A stretch of DNA of 64,000 bases, taken from positions 3,720-67,719 of the forward strand of contig DAHXKX010000100.1 of assembly GCA_027366165.1 (NCBI GenBank). The letters run 5' to 3'. The notes beneath the pieces are model-generated. The model was not told the DNA's origin and did no database searches. It saw nothing but the letters and a program-made list of their open reading frames with translations. This document shows positions 1-10,395 of the stretch, piece by piece; positions within the stretch are counted from its first letter, which is position 1, and every line of letters starts with the position of its first letter. Origin of the DNA: Actinomycetota bacterium. GTDB lineage: Bacteria; Actinomycetota; Acidimicrobiia; Acidimicrobiales; Acidimicrobiaceae. A program made the position numbers and the translations under genes.

Positions 1-198
1 CGATGATGCCGGATCTTCATCCATCGTGATGACCTCAGTGGCCTCGAAGACTTCGAAATCACTGAGCTGTTCAAGAGTCTCTGCTCTTCCGACCATGACA
101 ATCGGTACAGACAGCTCATCTCGAGCCCTTCTAGCGCCTTCAATCACAACGTCTGGTGCGTTATCGCCACCCTCAACGTCCAGCGCAATTGGCAGCAC
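1..198 (-). CDS. plsX: Phosphate acyltransferase PlsX, 5' part only (gene runs off the left edge)
   Basis: Not in the ORF track because there is no stop in the window. Minus-strand translation from GTG at 198 gives VLPIALDVEGGDNAPDVVIEGARRARDELSVPIVMVGRAETLEQL..., which carries the PlsX N-terminal D-x-x-GGD-x-AP signature. It lies directly after rpmF, as in the conserved yceD-rpmF-plsX cluster. Confidence 0.8.
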   Translation of the reverse strand, partial: MLPIALDVEGGDNAPDVVIEGARRARDELSVPIVMVGRAETLEQLSDFEVFEATEVITMDEDPASS

Positions 199-200
199 TT

Positions 201-380
201 CTACCCTACTTGAATGGCCTGACGGCCGTGGTACCATCCACATGCAGGACATACCACGTGTGGCTGCTTTGAAGCGTTACACTGCGGGCAAACGCTGCGC
301 GCTGGAAGCTTCAAAGTCCAGGCTGATGCTCTCTTCGACCTGGTTTTCGCCTTTGAGGTTTTCCGCTTAGGAACCGCCAT
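201..380 (-). CDS. rpmF: 50S ribosomal protein L32
   Basis: This 59-aa ORF falls below the track cutoff. Hand translation gives MAVPKRKTSKAKTRSKRASAWTLKLPARSVCPQCNASKQPHVVCPACGWYHGRQAIQVG. The MAVPKRK start and the CxxC...CxxC zinc ribbon are typical of L32. Confidence 0.93.
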   Translation of the reverse strand: MAVPKRKTSKAKTRSKRASAWTLKLPARSVCPQCNASKQPHVVCPACGWYHGRQAIQVG

Positions 381-515
381 CTTATCTCTCTCTCAAAAAT
401 CTCTGGATCCGTTAAATTCTCGGGATTCGACCGACATATTATAGGTGCCCAGAACCACCTTTGCGTACATGTGCAGTAGCTTTACAACTCAAACAACGAT
501 TATAGGACCTATATC

Positions 516-1049
516 CTAACGGTCTTCATCCGTCAGAACATCGAGCGCGCCCCATCTCAGGTCGATTGCCTCATTGTCACACCCGCACAAACCCTTGTTC
601 AACTCGGCACCACAACTGACACAAAGACCTTTGCACTCTTCCGTGCACAAAGGTGCCAAAGGAAGACCCAAAAGAACCTGGTCCTTAACCATTTCACTCA
701 GATCGATCACGTCTCCAGAGTAGGGATAGGTGTCGCCATCCGAAATCGCGCCCATGCCGGATTCAACTCTCTCATAGAGCTCTCGAACCGGAATTTCCAT
801 CGCACCAGATGCCAGCCCCAGGCAGCGCCTACACTCACCTTTCCAGATGGTGCGAATAATTCCGGTAATTAGAATCCCGCCATGGACAGACTCGGCAATT
901 CCAACAACTGCAATCAATTCGATGTCTTCGACATATGACGAGGATACTTTTAGATCCGAGAGTTGGCCGGTAAGGTCGAAACTCACCATCGATCCAGGCT
1001 CTTTGCGAAGCCGTGTAACCCCAATAATAAAAGAATGCTTGAAACTCAC
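516..1049 (-). CDS. YceD/DUF177 family protein
   Basis: 177 aa with a C-terminal Cys cluster (CTEECKGLCVSCGAELNKGLCGC) and an acidic tail, located upstream of rpmF. Its GTG start overlaps the upstream stop (GTGA). Confidence 0.8.
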   Translation of the reverse strand: MSFKHSFIIGVTRLRKEPGSMVSFDLTGQLSDLKVSSSYVEDIELIAVVGIAESVHGGILITGIIRTIWKGECRRCLGLASGAMEIPVRELYERVESGMGAISDGDTYPYSGDVIDLSEMVKDQVLLGLPLAPLCTEECKGLCVSCGAELNKGLCGCDNEAIDLRWGALDVLTDEDR

Positions 1050-1606
1050 TCGAAATCCTGATCAAAAAAAGGCGTGTTATCCAACTCAGCCTCAGGTCCA
1101 CCCAGTGGATCAGTAGGGTCGAAGGGTTCATCGACGGTAGGCGCTAGTTTTGCCCTTCCTGCCTTGACCGACTTTTCAATTGCCTGGAGCGCAATTTCAA
1201 AACCGGCCAATTTCTGATCCACAAAGTCTTGTGCAGCGTACTTCAAACGCGCTGCCTCCTCTTTGGCGGATTGAATCATTCTATTGGCATTCTGGTTAGC
1301 CTGCCTCATAATCTCGGTCCGCGCCACTAGCCGCTCCGCCTTTGCGGTAGCGGCAGCGATTATCTCATCCGCCTCGAAGTGAGCCTTGTCTGCGATGTCG
1401 TGACGCTCTCTCAATATCAACTGGGCGTTGTGGATTTCTACTGGCAACGCTTCGAGCGCGGCATCAACAAGGAACAGGATCTCATCCCGTGGCACCAGCA
1501 CCGATGCGGAAAGCGGCATGGCCTTCGCATTTTCAACCAGTTCAGCAATGGCAGAGAGCGCCTCTTGGAGAGTGATCCTTTGTTCCGAAAACTCGTCGTT
1601 ATTCAA
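1046..1606 (-). CDS. Hypothetical coiled-coil protein (ATP-synthase-B/DivIVA-like heptad region)
   Basis: 186 aa with a TTG start preceded by AGGTGG. A long Ala/Glu/Arg-rich helical stretch (AAATAKAERLVARTEIMRQANQNANRMIQSAKEEAARLKYAAQ) is present. I recognised no specific family. Confidence 0.55.
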   Translation of the reverse strand: MNNDEFSEQRITLQEALSAIAELVENAKAMPLSASVLVPRDEILFLVDAALEALPVEIHNAQLILRERHDIADKAHFEADEIIAAATAKAERLVARTEIMRQANQNANRMIQSAKEEAARLKYAAQDFVDQKLAGFEIALQAIEKSVKAGRAKLAPTVDEPFDPTDPLGGPEAELDNTPFFDQDFE

Positions 1607-1644
1607 TTATCCACCTATGGTGATATGTAGTGCCAGATTGTCAA

Positions 1645-2121
1645 CTAGCGAACGCTCTCAGCCAGAGCCATCGCCACTGGTGGGGGGACCATCGAGGACA
1701 CGTCCCCACCGTAATGCCAAACCTCTCTCAATAATCGTGACGCCAAAAAAGAAAACTCTGCGCTTGTCGGGATGAAAACTGTGTCGATTCCTGAAAGCTC
1801 CCTATTCATCTGAGCCATTTGGAGTTCGTTTTCAAAGTCAGATACCGCACGCAATCCCCTAATTATGACAGATGCCCCCATCTGTTTCGCAAGAGTCACC
1901 ACCAATGTCGAAAGTCCGACTATTTCAACATTACCAATGTGGGCAACGCTCTTTTCTATCATTGCCTCTCTCGCCTCAAGTGAGAACAGAGGTCCGGCCT
2001 TTTGGGGATTGCGCATCGCCGCAACCACTACCCTGTCGAAGAGCTGAGACGCCCTCTCAACAATTTCAAGATGGCCATTGTGAAACGGATCAAACGAACC
2101 AGGAAAAAGAGCGACTATCAA
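1645..2121 (-). CDS. coaD: Phosphopantetheine adenylyltransferase
   Basis: The N-terminus is MIVALFPGSFDPFHNGHLEIVERA (nucleotidyltransferase H-x-G-H motif). At 158 aa it has the typical CoaD size. Confidence 0.93.
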   Translation of the reverse strand: MIVALFPGSFDPFHNGHLEIVERASQLFDRVVVAAMRNPQKAGPLFSLEAREAMIEKSVAHIGNVEIVGLSTLVVTLAKQMGASVIIRGLRAVSDFENELQMAQMNRELSGIDTVFIPTSAEFSFLASRLLREVWHYGGDVSSMVPPPVAMALAESVR

Positions 2122-2140
2122 CTAACTCACAGCACCTTTC

Positions 2141-2677
2141 TCAACTACCAGGATCTGAACCCAAGATCAGTGTCACTACTGTAGTTCCATACTTCCGCTC
2201 CAACAATTTCAAAACGCCTTGTGGAGCCTGCAACGGCTTCCCGGACTCGCACACCATGATATCGGCAGGCACCTTCAGCAATAAATCATCCCACTCACTG
2301 AACACGTAGGGGGGATCCAGAAACGCGATGTCGAAGCGGTCACCCTTATAGCCTTCAAGAAAACTCTTATATCCGGAGCTTATGACTCTGAAACGGCTCC
2401 GCTCGACCTGAAGTCGAGCCAGATTCTCAATTATTACCCTTGTCGCCACTCTAGAGTGATCAACAAAGTATGCCTCCCTCGCACCGCGTGACAACGCCTC
2501 GATCCCCATGGCCCCCGTGCCAGCAAAAAGGTCGAGGACCGACTTGCCTTCAATTCCAAACCGGGACCACAAAATGTCAAATATAGACTTCCTCACCCTT
2601 GACGAGGTGGGTCTCGTGGCCTCAGGGACACTTGACAGCAGCTTTCGACTCTTGTTCGCACCTGTAAGCACCCGCAC
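2141..2677 (-). CDS. rsmD: 16S rRNA (guanine966-N2)-methyltransferase RsmD
   Basis: Carries the motifs VLDLFAGTGAMGIEALSRGA and LDPPY. The track ORF extends to 2878 and would overlap recG. The GTG at 2677 (VRVLTGANKSRKL...) gives the normal length of about 178 aa. Confidence 0.85.
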   Translation of the reverse strand: MRVLTGANKSRKLLSSVPEATRPTSSRVRKSIFDILWSRFGIEGKSVLDLFAGTGAMGIEALSRGAREAYFVDHSRVATRVIIENLARLQVERSRFRVISSGYKSFLEGYKGDRFDIAFLDPPYVFSEWDDLLLKVPADIMVCESGKPLQAPQGVLKLLERKYGTTVVTLILGSDPGS

Positions 2678-2816
2678 AGAATCAAACTTAGCAAATATGA
2701 CCGTGCCAGCAGCCCCACACCAACAATGACAACAAAAGAATACAGGAAAACTCCCGCTCAGACCTCTTCGGATTTCGAACTCAGGGTGCAACCGTTTTAT
2801 GGCCAAATTACAGTGC

Positions 2817-4982
2817 TCAGCCAAGAAACAGAAATTCAGAGTCTTCCGGATCCTGGAATGCTCTGATCTCATCTGCAAGCGCAGGGTAACTGGTCATCGA
2901 TGGGTCATCCCCGACCACTTCTTTGGCTATCACCTGTGCAGTTGCCACAAGATCCCGATCTCGGGCCAATGAGGCTAGCTTGAGGTCACTCCTACCCTTT
3001 TGGCGACGCCCAAGTATTGTGCCCTCACCACGAAGTTCGAGGTCCTTCTCAGCAAGAAAGAACCCGTCCGTCGAAGCAACCAAAGCCTCGAGACGGGGGT
3101 TTGAATCCTCCGGATCAGCCAGGGCGATCAAATAGCAGTAGCTTCGATACTCGCCACGTCCAACCCGTCCCCGCAGCTGATGAAGCTGAGCTATGCCAAA
3201 GCGATCCGCGTTCTCGATGACCATCACGGTGGCATTCGGAACATCCACACCAACTTCGATCACCGTGGTTGAGACCAGGACATCCAGGCGGTGGAGACGA
3301 AATTCCTCCATTACCGCCTCTTTATCCCTTGGGAGCATCTGACCGTGGAGAAGTCCAAGTCTGAGTCCCTTTAGCTCACCCGCTCTTAGTCTCTCGAACT
3401 CCTCAGTAGCCGATTTGGCAATAACCCTCTCCGAACCTTCTATCAGAGGACACACCAGGTATGCTTGACGGCCATCCGCCACCTCAGATCGCACTCTTTC
3501 GATGACCTTTGCATACTCCTCCTGTGACTTTGCCCACCTGGTAAGGATCGGCGTCCTGCCTGGAGGGAGCTCGTCGAGTATCGTCAGATCCAAATCCCCG
3601 AATACGGTCATGGCTGCGGTTCTCGGAATCGGAGTCGCTGTCATCACCAACACATCTGGGTCAAGACCATGGCCGGTTCGCCCACGCTCCCTCAACACCG
3701 CCCGCTGCTCAACACCAAATCTGTGCTGCTCGTCAACGACGACTGCTCCCAGCGCATGAAATCTGACGCCCTCAGAGATCAGTGCATGGGTCCCCACGAT
3801 TATATCTATAGCACCCGAACTCAGCTCCTCAAGAATCTTGCGCCTAGAAGCCGCGGGAGTCTTGCTGGACAACATATCTACCCTGACTTGGCGCTCACTG
3901 TCTTCGAAGAGACCGGTATCGCTGGACCCTGGCACATTGAATCCCTTGAGTAGCTGGGACAGCGTGATCCAGTGCTGTTCGGCCAACACCTCGGTGGGAG
4001 CCATCAATGCGCCTTGGTAGCGCCCTTGTACCGCCATGAGGAGCATCCCCAACGCGACAAGCGTCTTTCCCGAACCCACGTCCCCTTGAAGAAGCCTGTG
4101 CATGGGTATCGGAGACCTCAGGTCGTTGGCTATCTCATCCAGTGCCCTCTTCTGGGCACTGGTTAGATCAAAACTAAGTGATGAGAAGAAACTTCTAACC
4201 AATACGGACTCACCGTTTGGAGCAACGGAATCCCATTCTGAAAACAGTCCGGCATTCAGGCGGGAGGTGTGCACGATACTTCCAAACATTGGTGAGACCG
4301 CGTGAGAAATTCCCTTTGAACTGTGGGCAGTTTCCACCTTCGATTTTCGCAACATCAATTGGAGACGGAAAAGCTCGTCAAAAGCCAGCCGCCTCTTTGC
4401 GGCCATCGCCTCGCCAATGGTCGCAGGAACGTGGACTCCTCTGACTGCCTCCGTCCTCGACATAAGCTCTAGTCTGTCAAGAACGTCCGTAGGAACTGGA
4501 TCAACCAAGTCTCCGGTCCTGGCGAGAGCGTCTTCGACCAACTTAGCTATCTCCCACGAGGGCAGACCTGCCCTCTCTGACTGAGGGTAGATAGGAACTA
4601 TCCTGCCAGTCCTGTCTCCAATAAGATCCACAATTGGATTTGACATCTGAGTGACACGACGAAATCGCTCCAACTTGCCGAAAAACGCCCCCTCCACTCC
4701 CTCCTTGAGCTGCTTTGCTCGCCATGGCTGGTTGAAAAAGATCACGTGAAGGTAACCGGTGCCGTCGAAAGCATCGACTTCAACAATCGTCTTGCCAGTC
4801 CGGGTTCTGCGTAGTTGAACTCGCCGCACGCGAGCGAGAATCAACGCCTCTTCACCAACAGCCAAATCGACCAGTGATGCCTGTTTGGTTCGGTCAACGT
4901 ATCGGCGGGGATAGTAGGTGACTATATCGAAAACGGTTTCGACACCAAGTTCCGACAGTGCCCCAGCCGTCTTCTCGCCCAC
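2817..4982 (-). CDS. recG: ATP-dependent DNA helicase RecG
   Basis: Carries GDVGSGKT (Walker A), VVDEQHRFG and MTATPIPRT, with an N-terminal wedge region (YYPRRYVDRT). The conserved HhH context (LKGVGEKTAG) continues upstream of the first ATG/GTG/TTG, so the true start may be non-canonical, up to about 5038. Confidence 0.93.
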   Translation of the reverse strand: MGEKTAGALSELGVETVFDIVTYYPRRYVDRTKQASLVDLAVGEEALILARVRRVQLRRTRTGKTIVEVDAFDGTGYLHVIFFNQPWRAKQLKEGVEGAFFGKLERFRRVTQMSNPIVDLIGDRTGRIVPIYPQSERAGLPSWEIAKLVEDALARTGDLVDPVPTDVLDRLELMSRTEAVRGVHVPATIGEAMAAKRRLAFDELFRLQLMLRKSKVETAHSSKGISHAVSPMFGSIVHTSRLNAGLFSEWDSVAPNGESVLVRSFFSSLSFDLTSAQKRALDEIANDLRSPIPMHRLLQGDVGSGKTLVALGMLLMAVQGRYQGALMAPTEVLAEQHWITLSQLLKGFNVPGSSDTGLFEDSERQVRVDMLSSKTPAASRRKILEELSSGAIDIIVGTHALISEGVRFHALGAVVVDEQHRFGVEQRAVLRERGRTGHGLDPDVLVMTATPIPRTAAMTVFGDLDLTILDELPPGRTPILTRWAKSQEEYAKVIERVRSEVADGRQAYLVCPLIEGSERVIAKSATEEFERLRAGELKGLRLGLLHGQMLPRDKEAVMEEFRLHRLDVLVSTTVIEVGVDVPNATVMVIENADRFGIAQLHQLRGRVGRGEYRSYCYLIALADPEDSNPRLEALVASTDGFFLAEKDLELRGEGTILGRRQKGRSDLKLASLARDRDLVATAQVIAKEVVGDDPSMTSYPALADEIRAFQDPEDSEFLFLG

Positions 4983-5123
4983 CCCTTTCAGCCTTGTAAC
5001 TGGCAGATCAATTAGCGAAACTAGATCTCTGATGGTCAGACCTCTGGAATTCGGACTATTTTGCAGGCAATAACACTTATGACAGCATATTAGTTAGCTG
5101 TGACCGTTGCATTTTCTCAGGTA

Positions 5124-6809
5124 TTACTCTACGCCAAATAGGTAAGGGTAAAGAGGCTGTCCGCCATGGTGAATCTCTACTTCGACGTGCGGCCACTTTA
5201 CCGCTATCCACTCGGAAATCTCCCGGGTAACCGCCTGGGTTGACCCTTCCCCTTCAATAACTGTGACGATCTCTGATCCAGGGAAGAGAAAAATCTGCAA
5301 CATCTTTTTCGAGGCTTCCGCCAGTGAGGACTCAACCGATAGGATGCCCTCTCTGCCTATGCCAATGAAATCACCCTTTGCAATCCTGCCTCCTGCCCAC
5401 TTCGACGACCGTATGGCACGGGTAACCTCCCCAGCGACCACACGCTCCACACTTTGGCTCATGGTCTGCATGTTCTCAGACACTTCGGCCGCGGGGTCAA
5501 ACTCCATCAGCGCAGCAAACCCCTCTATGACTCCCCGCGTCGGAAGGACGACGACGTGCCGAGAACTCAATTCCGAGGCCAACTGTGCCACGGGAATGAC
5601 ATTTGGATTGTTCGGCAGAATGATTACCTGCTCGGCCTCTAGTTCATCTATAGCAGCAACGAGATCGGAGGTGGAAGGATTCATCGATTGACCTCCCATG
5701 ACTATCCGATTTACACCCATTGATCTGAATATGCGGCCAACGCCCTCCCCATTGGCGACCGCCACTACCGCGGTAAGGGCACCTTCGTCCGAGACACCCA
5801 ATGGATCTGGCGCGCCACTACCATGGGCCGCAACGACCCAGCGCTCCTCGCTCACCTGCTCGGCCAGGTCAGTAACCCGGATGCTCCTTGGACGTCCAGC
5901 CTCTATACCAGCCTCGATCGAAGCACCTATGTCGTCGGTGTGGATGTGACAGTTCCACAGGCCATTCTGGCCAACAACGACGATCGAGTCACCGATGCCC
6001 GCCCACACTTCTCTAAATCCGTCAATGGCAGCGTCAGTAGCCTCAAGAAGGAACATCACCTCGTATTTGAGCTCAGAAACGTCTCCAAACTGACTACCTC
6101 TGTCCTCGAAGAGTTCCACCAGATCATTTGGACCGGCAACGCCGGGTTCAAGCCATGGCATGTCCAATTGCTTCCACTCTGGATCCAAGACCTTGGCAAC
6201 TGCATCGACGAATAGCACAAATCCGGCACCACCAGCGTCAACAACGTTTGCCTCTGCGAGAATCGGAAGTAGACGCGGGGTCTCTAGCAACGCCTCAACA
6301 GAACTCTCTCGAAGAAGATAAATCGATCTAATCGGATCATCCATGTGTAACGTCCTGGCAGTATCGGCGGCTCTGCGTGCAACCGTGAGTATGGTTCCCT
6401 CGACCGGCTTGAGAACGGCTTTGTCCGCCAGTTCAGAGCCTCTCTGCAAACCCCAAACCACACCCTGAAGAAAATCGCGGTCAGATTCGCCGGCCAGCCT
6501 GACACCCTCCGCAAAGCCACGAATAATCTGAGAAAAGATGACTCCGGAATTGCCACGCGCACCCATAAGAGCGCCTTTTGATATTGCCGACACACAGTCT
6601 TCAAGGTCAATGGAGTTGCGATCGCTGGCGTGGATCTCCTGAAGCACAGACTGGAAAGTCAGTGACAGATTCGAACCTGTATCTCCGTCGGGAACTGGGT
6701 AGACATTGAGCCGGTTGACTGAGTCTTTAAAGCGCCCCAGAAACTCGACGGAGAACTCGATTACCTCGATTAACTTTTTAGTTGACATCTCTTGAGCATG
6801 ATCCATCGG
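5124..6809 (-). CDS. DAK2 domain fusion protein (YloV family)
   Basis: Carries LNVYPVPDGDTGSNL (Dak2 phosphatase-domain motif) plus a C-terminal DegV-like half. ATG at 6809 gives the same N-terminal length as B. subtilis YloV. The track ORF starts at 6863. Confidence 0.85.
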   Translation of the reverse strand, partial: PMDHAQEMSTKKLIEVIEFSVEFLGRFKDSVNRLNVYPVPDGDTGSNLSLTFQSVLQEIHASDRNSIDLEDCVSAISKGALMGARGNSGVIFSQIIRGFAEGVRLAGESDRDFLQGVVWGLQRGSELADKAVLKPVEGTILTVARRAADTARTLHMDDPIRSIYLLRESSVEALLETPRLLPILAEANVVDAGGAGFVLFVDAVAKVLDPEWKQLDMPWLEPGVAGPNDLVELFEDRGSQFGDVSELKYEVMFLLEATDAAIDGFREVWAGIGDSIVVVGQNGLWNCHIHTDDIGASIEAGIEAGRPRSIRVTDLAEQVSEERWVVAAHGSGAPDPLGVSDEGALTAVVAVANGEGVGRIFRSMGVNRIVMGGQSMNPSTSDLVAAIDELEAEQVIILPNNPNVIPVAQLASELSSRHVVVLPTRGVIEGFAALMEFDPAAEVSENMQTMSQSVERVVAGEVTRAIRSSKWAGGRIAKGDFIGIGREGILSVESSLAEASKKMLQIFLFPGSEIVTVIEGEGSTQAVTREISEWIAVKWPHVEVEIHHGGQPLYPYLFGVE

Positions 6810-6910
6810 CGCAAATGCTAATATAGAGGATCGCGATTGAACGCATTTCCTGCGATTCATCATAGAATTAATCGAGCAATTTTCAGCGTCTAGGCAAGAG
6901 GTGTATCAAA

Positions 6911-7105
6911 GTGGCATCGGTATGTGAAATCTGCGGCAAAGGACCAGCCTTTGGCATGACAATCAGCCACTCACACCGTCGTACAAAGCGACGCTGGAAC
7001 CCAAATATCCAGAGGGTGCGCGCCATTGTTGGTTCATCGACTAAGAAGATGAACGTATGCACATCTTGCCTCAAGGTCGGCAAGGTCCAAAAAGCCGTAA
7101 GATAG
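6911..7105 (+). CDS. rpmB: 50S ribosomal protein L28
   Basis: Translation is (M)ASVCEICGKGPAFGMTISHSHRRTKRRWNPNIQRVRA..., with the characteristic L28 HSxxRTKRxxxPN motif. Confidence 0.93.
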   Translation: MASVCEICGKGPAFGMTISHSHRRTKRRWNPNIQRVRAIVGSSTKKMNVCTSCLKVGKVQKAVR

Positions 7106-7117
7106 GGACGGGTCAGT

Positions 7118-8131
7118 TTGACCTTCGATGCCTTCCTGTTTCAGTCCTTCGGCGGGCCAAACATTGATTCTGACATAATCCCATTCCTGGAAAATGTCAC
7201 TCGGGGTAGAAATATTCCCCGGGAACGGCTGAACGTGGTTGCCGATCAATACCGCATATTTGGTGGCAAGAGTCCGATAAATGAGATCAACCATGCAATC
7301 ATCGAACGGCTTGCAACCGCCTTTCGAAATCATGGAATCGAACTGCCTATCTACTTCGGCAACCGCAATTTTGAGCCCTATGTTTACGACGCCCTCGCAC
7401 AAATGAAAACAGACGGCCGAAAAAGAGCCATCGCCTTCGTGACTTCGGCGTTCGGCTCCTTCTCTGGCTGCAAACAGTACAAGCTTGATGTCGAAATGGC
7501 TAAAGGCCAAATCGGACCCGACGCGCCGGAAGTGGTCAAGATCAGGCACTACTACTCCCACCCGGGATTCATCGAGCCACTGGTTGAGAAATCAGTGGCA
7601 GCCTTGGACAGTCTTCCTGAGCCACACTCAGCGGAATTGGTCTTTACGGCGCACTCAATCCCGCGTTCCATGGCGGTCACATCTCCGTACCTTCAGCAAC
7701 TTGACCGGGCGGTCAATCTGGTGACTGCGGGCATTCGAGAAAAGACAGGAAGCCATCACCGCTTCTCCCTGGTATTTCAGTCTCGCACAGGTCCACCAAA
7801 CCAGGAGTGGCTAGAACCCGACGTGTCAGACCACTTGAAAGCGCTTGCATCAAAAGGTGTACGAAACGTAGTGGTAATTCCAATAAGTTTCATTTCAGAC
7901 CACATGGAAGTGGTATACGATCTGGACACTCTGGCTGCCAAGACTGCCCGCGAAGTCGACATCTCGTACGCCAGAGCCGGAACGTCTTCAAACTCTCCCC
8001 AGTTCATCGATATGATAGTTGATCTGACAAGAGAACTCCTCGATCCATCCCATATTGCCAAGTCGCTTGGAAGCTTCACCGATTTGAATGGCTGTTCGGC
8101 AGTCTGTTGTCCAACGCAGCCAAATCGCTAG
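7118..8131 (+). CDS. hemH: Ferrochelatase (coproporphyrin ferrochelatase type)
   Basis: TTG start. Carries the (M)TFDAFLFQSFGGP N-terminus and the FTAHSIP motif. An internal GCKQY Cys plus the C-terminal CSAVCC suggest the actinobacterial [2Fe-2S]-bearing subtype; this last point is inference. Confidence 0.88.
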   Translation: MTFDAFLFQSFGGPNIDSDIIPFLENVTRGRNIPRERLNVVADQYRIFGGKSPINEINHAIIERLATAFRNHGIELPIYFGNRNFEPYVYDALAQMKTDGRKRAIAFVTSAFGSFSGCKQYKLDVEMAKGQIGPDAPEVVKIRHYYSHPGFIEPLVEKSVAALDSLPEPHSAELVFTAHSIPRSMAVTSPYLQQLDRAVNLVTAGIREKTGSHHRFSLVFQSRTGPPNQEWLEPDVSDHLKALASKGVRNVVVIPISFISDHMEVVYDLDTLAAKTAREVDISYARAGTSSNSPQFIDMIVDLTRELLDPSHIAKSLGSFTDLNGCSAVCCPTQPNR

Positions 8132-8409
8132 AATCCTGCGCAGCCAGATTTCGGGGAATGTCCGACATGCCCGGCACATAGCCCCGGTTCTCTGAATTTC
8201 AGCTACTGGCCGAAACTCCCACCCCGCTATGAAAAGCGCCAGACGGTGATAAAGTCACGCTCAAGGTGCAAACATACGCCCCGGCATTTCGTAGCCTCTG
8301 TCGAAGGCCCATAAATCAGCACCGGAAACAGCGGCGGACATTACTTCAACATCTGCCGCTGCAATGCAATAGAACCAACGAAACTTGCGTTTGAAGCAGG
8401 CACCACAGA

Positions 8410-8438
8410 AACGGGCTCCATTTCTAGAGGAGCCCGTT
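8410..8438 (-). terminator. Hairpin terminator downstream of pckG (between convergent hemH and pckG)
   Basis: A 10-bp perfect stem pairs aacgggctcc (8410-8419) with ggagcccgtt (8429-8438) around a 9-nt loop. On the minus strand it is followed by TTCTGTGG. Confidence 0.6.
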
Positions 8439-8472
8439 ACTACACAAATCCCTTTCTGCTGAAGCCTCAGGG

Positions 8473-10290
8473 CTACATCGCCGCAGCCTGTCTCAAAAGT
8501 GACAGCTGATCGGAAAGTTCCTTTGGCAAATCCTCGCCGAACTGCTCATAGTGAACCGCTATGTCATCAGCTTCGAATTGCAGCTTCGCCGAATCCACCG
8601 AGAAGAGGTCTGCGAGAACGTTTGGTGAGATGGCCATCCCGCTGGTGTCGATATCCTCGGGCTTGGGGGTGTATCCCAGGGGAGTCTCCTGTGCGTCCAC
8701 CTTACCCTCGAGACGGGCAACGATCCAAGCGAGAACGCGTGAGTTGTCACCGTATCCCGGCCAAAGGAACTTGCCGCTCTCGTCCTTACGGAACCAGTTA
8801 ACCAAATAGATTCTCGGCAGCTTAGAAGCATCCGACTTGTTTCCAATCGACAACCAGTGTGCGAAGTAATCGGCCATGTTGTAACCGCAGAATGGCAGCA
8901 TGGCAAATGGATCTCTTCGGAGCTTTCCGACTTTGCCTTCAGCAGCAGCCGTAGTCTCAGATGCAATTACTGAACCGAGGAATACTCCGTGCTCCCATGA
9001 CTTGGCTTCAGTAACCAGAGGAATCAACGACGCTCTTCTTCCACCGAAAAGAATTGCTGAAATGGGTACCCCGTTCGGATCCTGCCACTCTGGTGCGATG
9101 TATGGGGCCCTTTCAGCGGCAACTGTAAAACGCGCGTTTGGATGGGCTGCAGGGGTAGAGGATTCAGAAGTCCACGGGTTTCCGCGCCAATCGATGAGCC
9201 TCTCGGGAACTTCCCCGTCCATACCTTCCCACCAAATGTCGCCATCGGGAGTCAGGGCGGTGTTGGTAAAGATTGTGTCACCCGAAATGGTATCCATAGC
9301 GTTTCGATTGGTCTTGATGCTTGTTCCTGGCGCGACTCCGAAGAAGCCCGCCTCCGGGTTGACTCCATACAGACGGCCGTCAGAGCCAAATCTCAACCAA
9401 CATATGTCATCGCCAATAGTCTCGACCTTCCAACCCGGAAGCGAAGGCAGCAGCATGGCCAGGTTGGTCTTTCCACATGCCGACGGGAACGCACCGCTGA
9501 TGTAATGACTCTTACCGCTCGGATTGGTAAGTTTCATGATGAGCATGTGCTCGGCCAGCCAGCCGTCATCTCGCGCCATGACTGACGCAATTCGCAGCGC
9601 CAGGCACTTCTTGCCCAGAAGTGCGTTTCCACCATATCCGGAACCGTACGACCAGATCTCGCGGGTCTCGGGAAAATGAACTATGTACTTGTTGTCGGCA
9701 TCGCACGGCCACGCAACGTCAGCTTGACCGGGCTCAAGTGGAGCCCCCACGGAATGAAGGCAATGGACGAAATCACCGTCCGGTCCAAGTTGATTGAGAA
9801 CCGCCTGACCCATCTTCGCCATGATGCGCATGTTCACCGCGACATAGGCGGAATCGGTTATTTCAACGCCGATTTGAGAAAACGGTGACCCTAATGGACC
9901 CATGGAGAACGGAACAACATACATGGTCCGTCCCTTCATAGACCCTTTAAACAGACCGTTCAAGGTCTCCCGCATTTCCACTGGGTCACGCCAATTATTA
10001 GTGGGACCGGCATCTCTTTTCGATGCGGAACAAATGAAGGTGCGGTCCTCAACCCGGGCGACATCCGCAGGATCAGAGTGGGCCAGGTAGGAGTTTGGCC
10101 TCTTAGCCTCACTCAATTTCCTAAAAGTACCATTTTCCACAAGGAGCTGCGCAAGTTGATCATATTCCTCGCTTGAACCGTCACACCAATGGACCGACTC
10201 AGGTTCACACCACTTCTCAATTTCGTTTACCCAGTAAATCAGCTCTTTGTTTTCCGTTGGATACTTCACCCTGCAAATACCTCGATTCAT
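8473..10290 (-). CDS. pckG: Phosphoenolpyruvate carboxykinase (GTP)
   Basis: Carries [23 protein letters not shown] and NWFRKD motifs. ATG at 10290 matches the N-terminal length of mycobacterial PckG. The track ORF starts at 10320. Confidence 0.93.
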   Translation of the reverse strand: MNRGICRVKYPTENKELIYWVNEIEKWCEPESVHWCDGSSEEYDQLAQLLVENGTFRKLSEAKRPNSYLAHSDPADVARVEDRTFICSASKRDAGPTNNWRDPVEMRETLNGLFKGSMKGRTMYVVPFSMGPLGSPFSQIGVEITDSAYVAVNMRIMAKMGQAVLNQLGPDGDFVHCLHSVGAPLEPGQADVAWPCDADNKYIVHFPETREIWSYGSGYGGNALLGKKCLALRIASVMARDDGWLAEHMLIMKLTNPSGKSHYISGAFPSACGKTNLAMLLPSLPGWKVETIGDDICWLRFGSDGRLYGVNPEAGFFGVAPGTSIKTNRNAMDTISGDTIFTNTALTPDGDIWWEGMDGEVPERLIDWRGNPWTSESSTPAAHPNARFTVAAERAPYIAPEWQDPNGVPISAILFGGRRASLIPLVTEAKSWEHGVFLGSVIASETTAAAEGKVGKLRRDPFAMLPFCGYNMADYFAHWLSIGNKSDASKLPRIYLVNWFRKDESGKFLWPGYGDNSRVLAWIVARLEGKVDAQETPLGYTPKPEDIDTSGMAISPNVLADLFSVDSAKLQFEADDIAVHYEQFGEDLPKELSDQLSLLRQAAAM

Positions 10291-10395
10291 ATCGGTCTCA
10301 GTACCTGAGATATACCCCAATACTTAGACACAGCGCACGCCAGCTCTCAGAGAGAGCACATATATTTTTACACGAATTGAATCCAAACCACCTAT

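Noticed and set aside
26-370. 114-aa plus-strand ORF at the left edge
   Set aside because: It is antisense to clear plsX and rpmF coding sequence on the minus strand, and its product is Ser/Thr/Leu-rich. It is a shadow ORF.
8499-9585. Multiple 70-200-aa ORFs nested inside pckG (and similar sets inside recG, dnaE, menD and others)
   Set aside because: They overlap strongly supported genes in other frames or on the other strand, and their composition is biased (Arg/Ser/Pro-rich). They are frame shadows.
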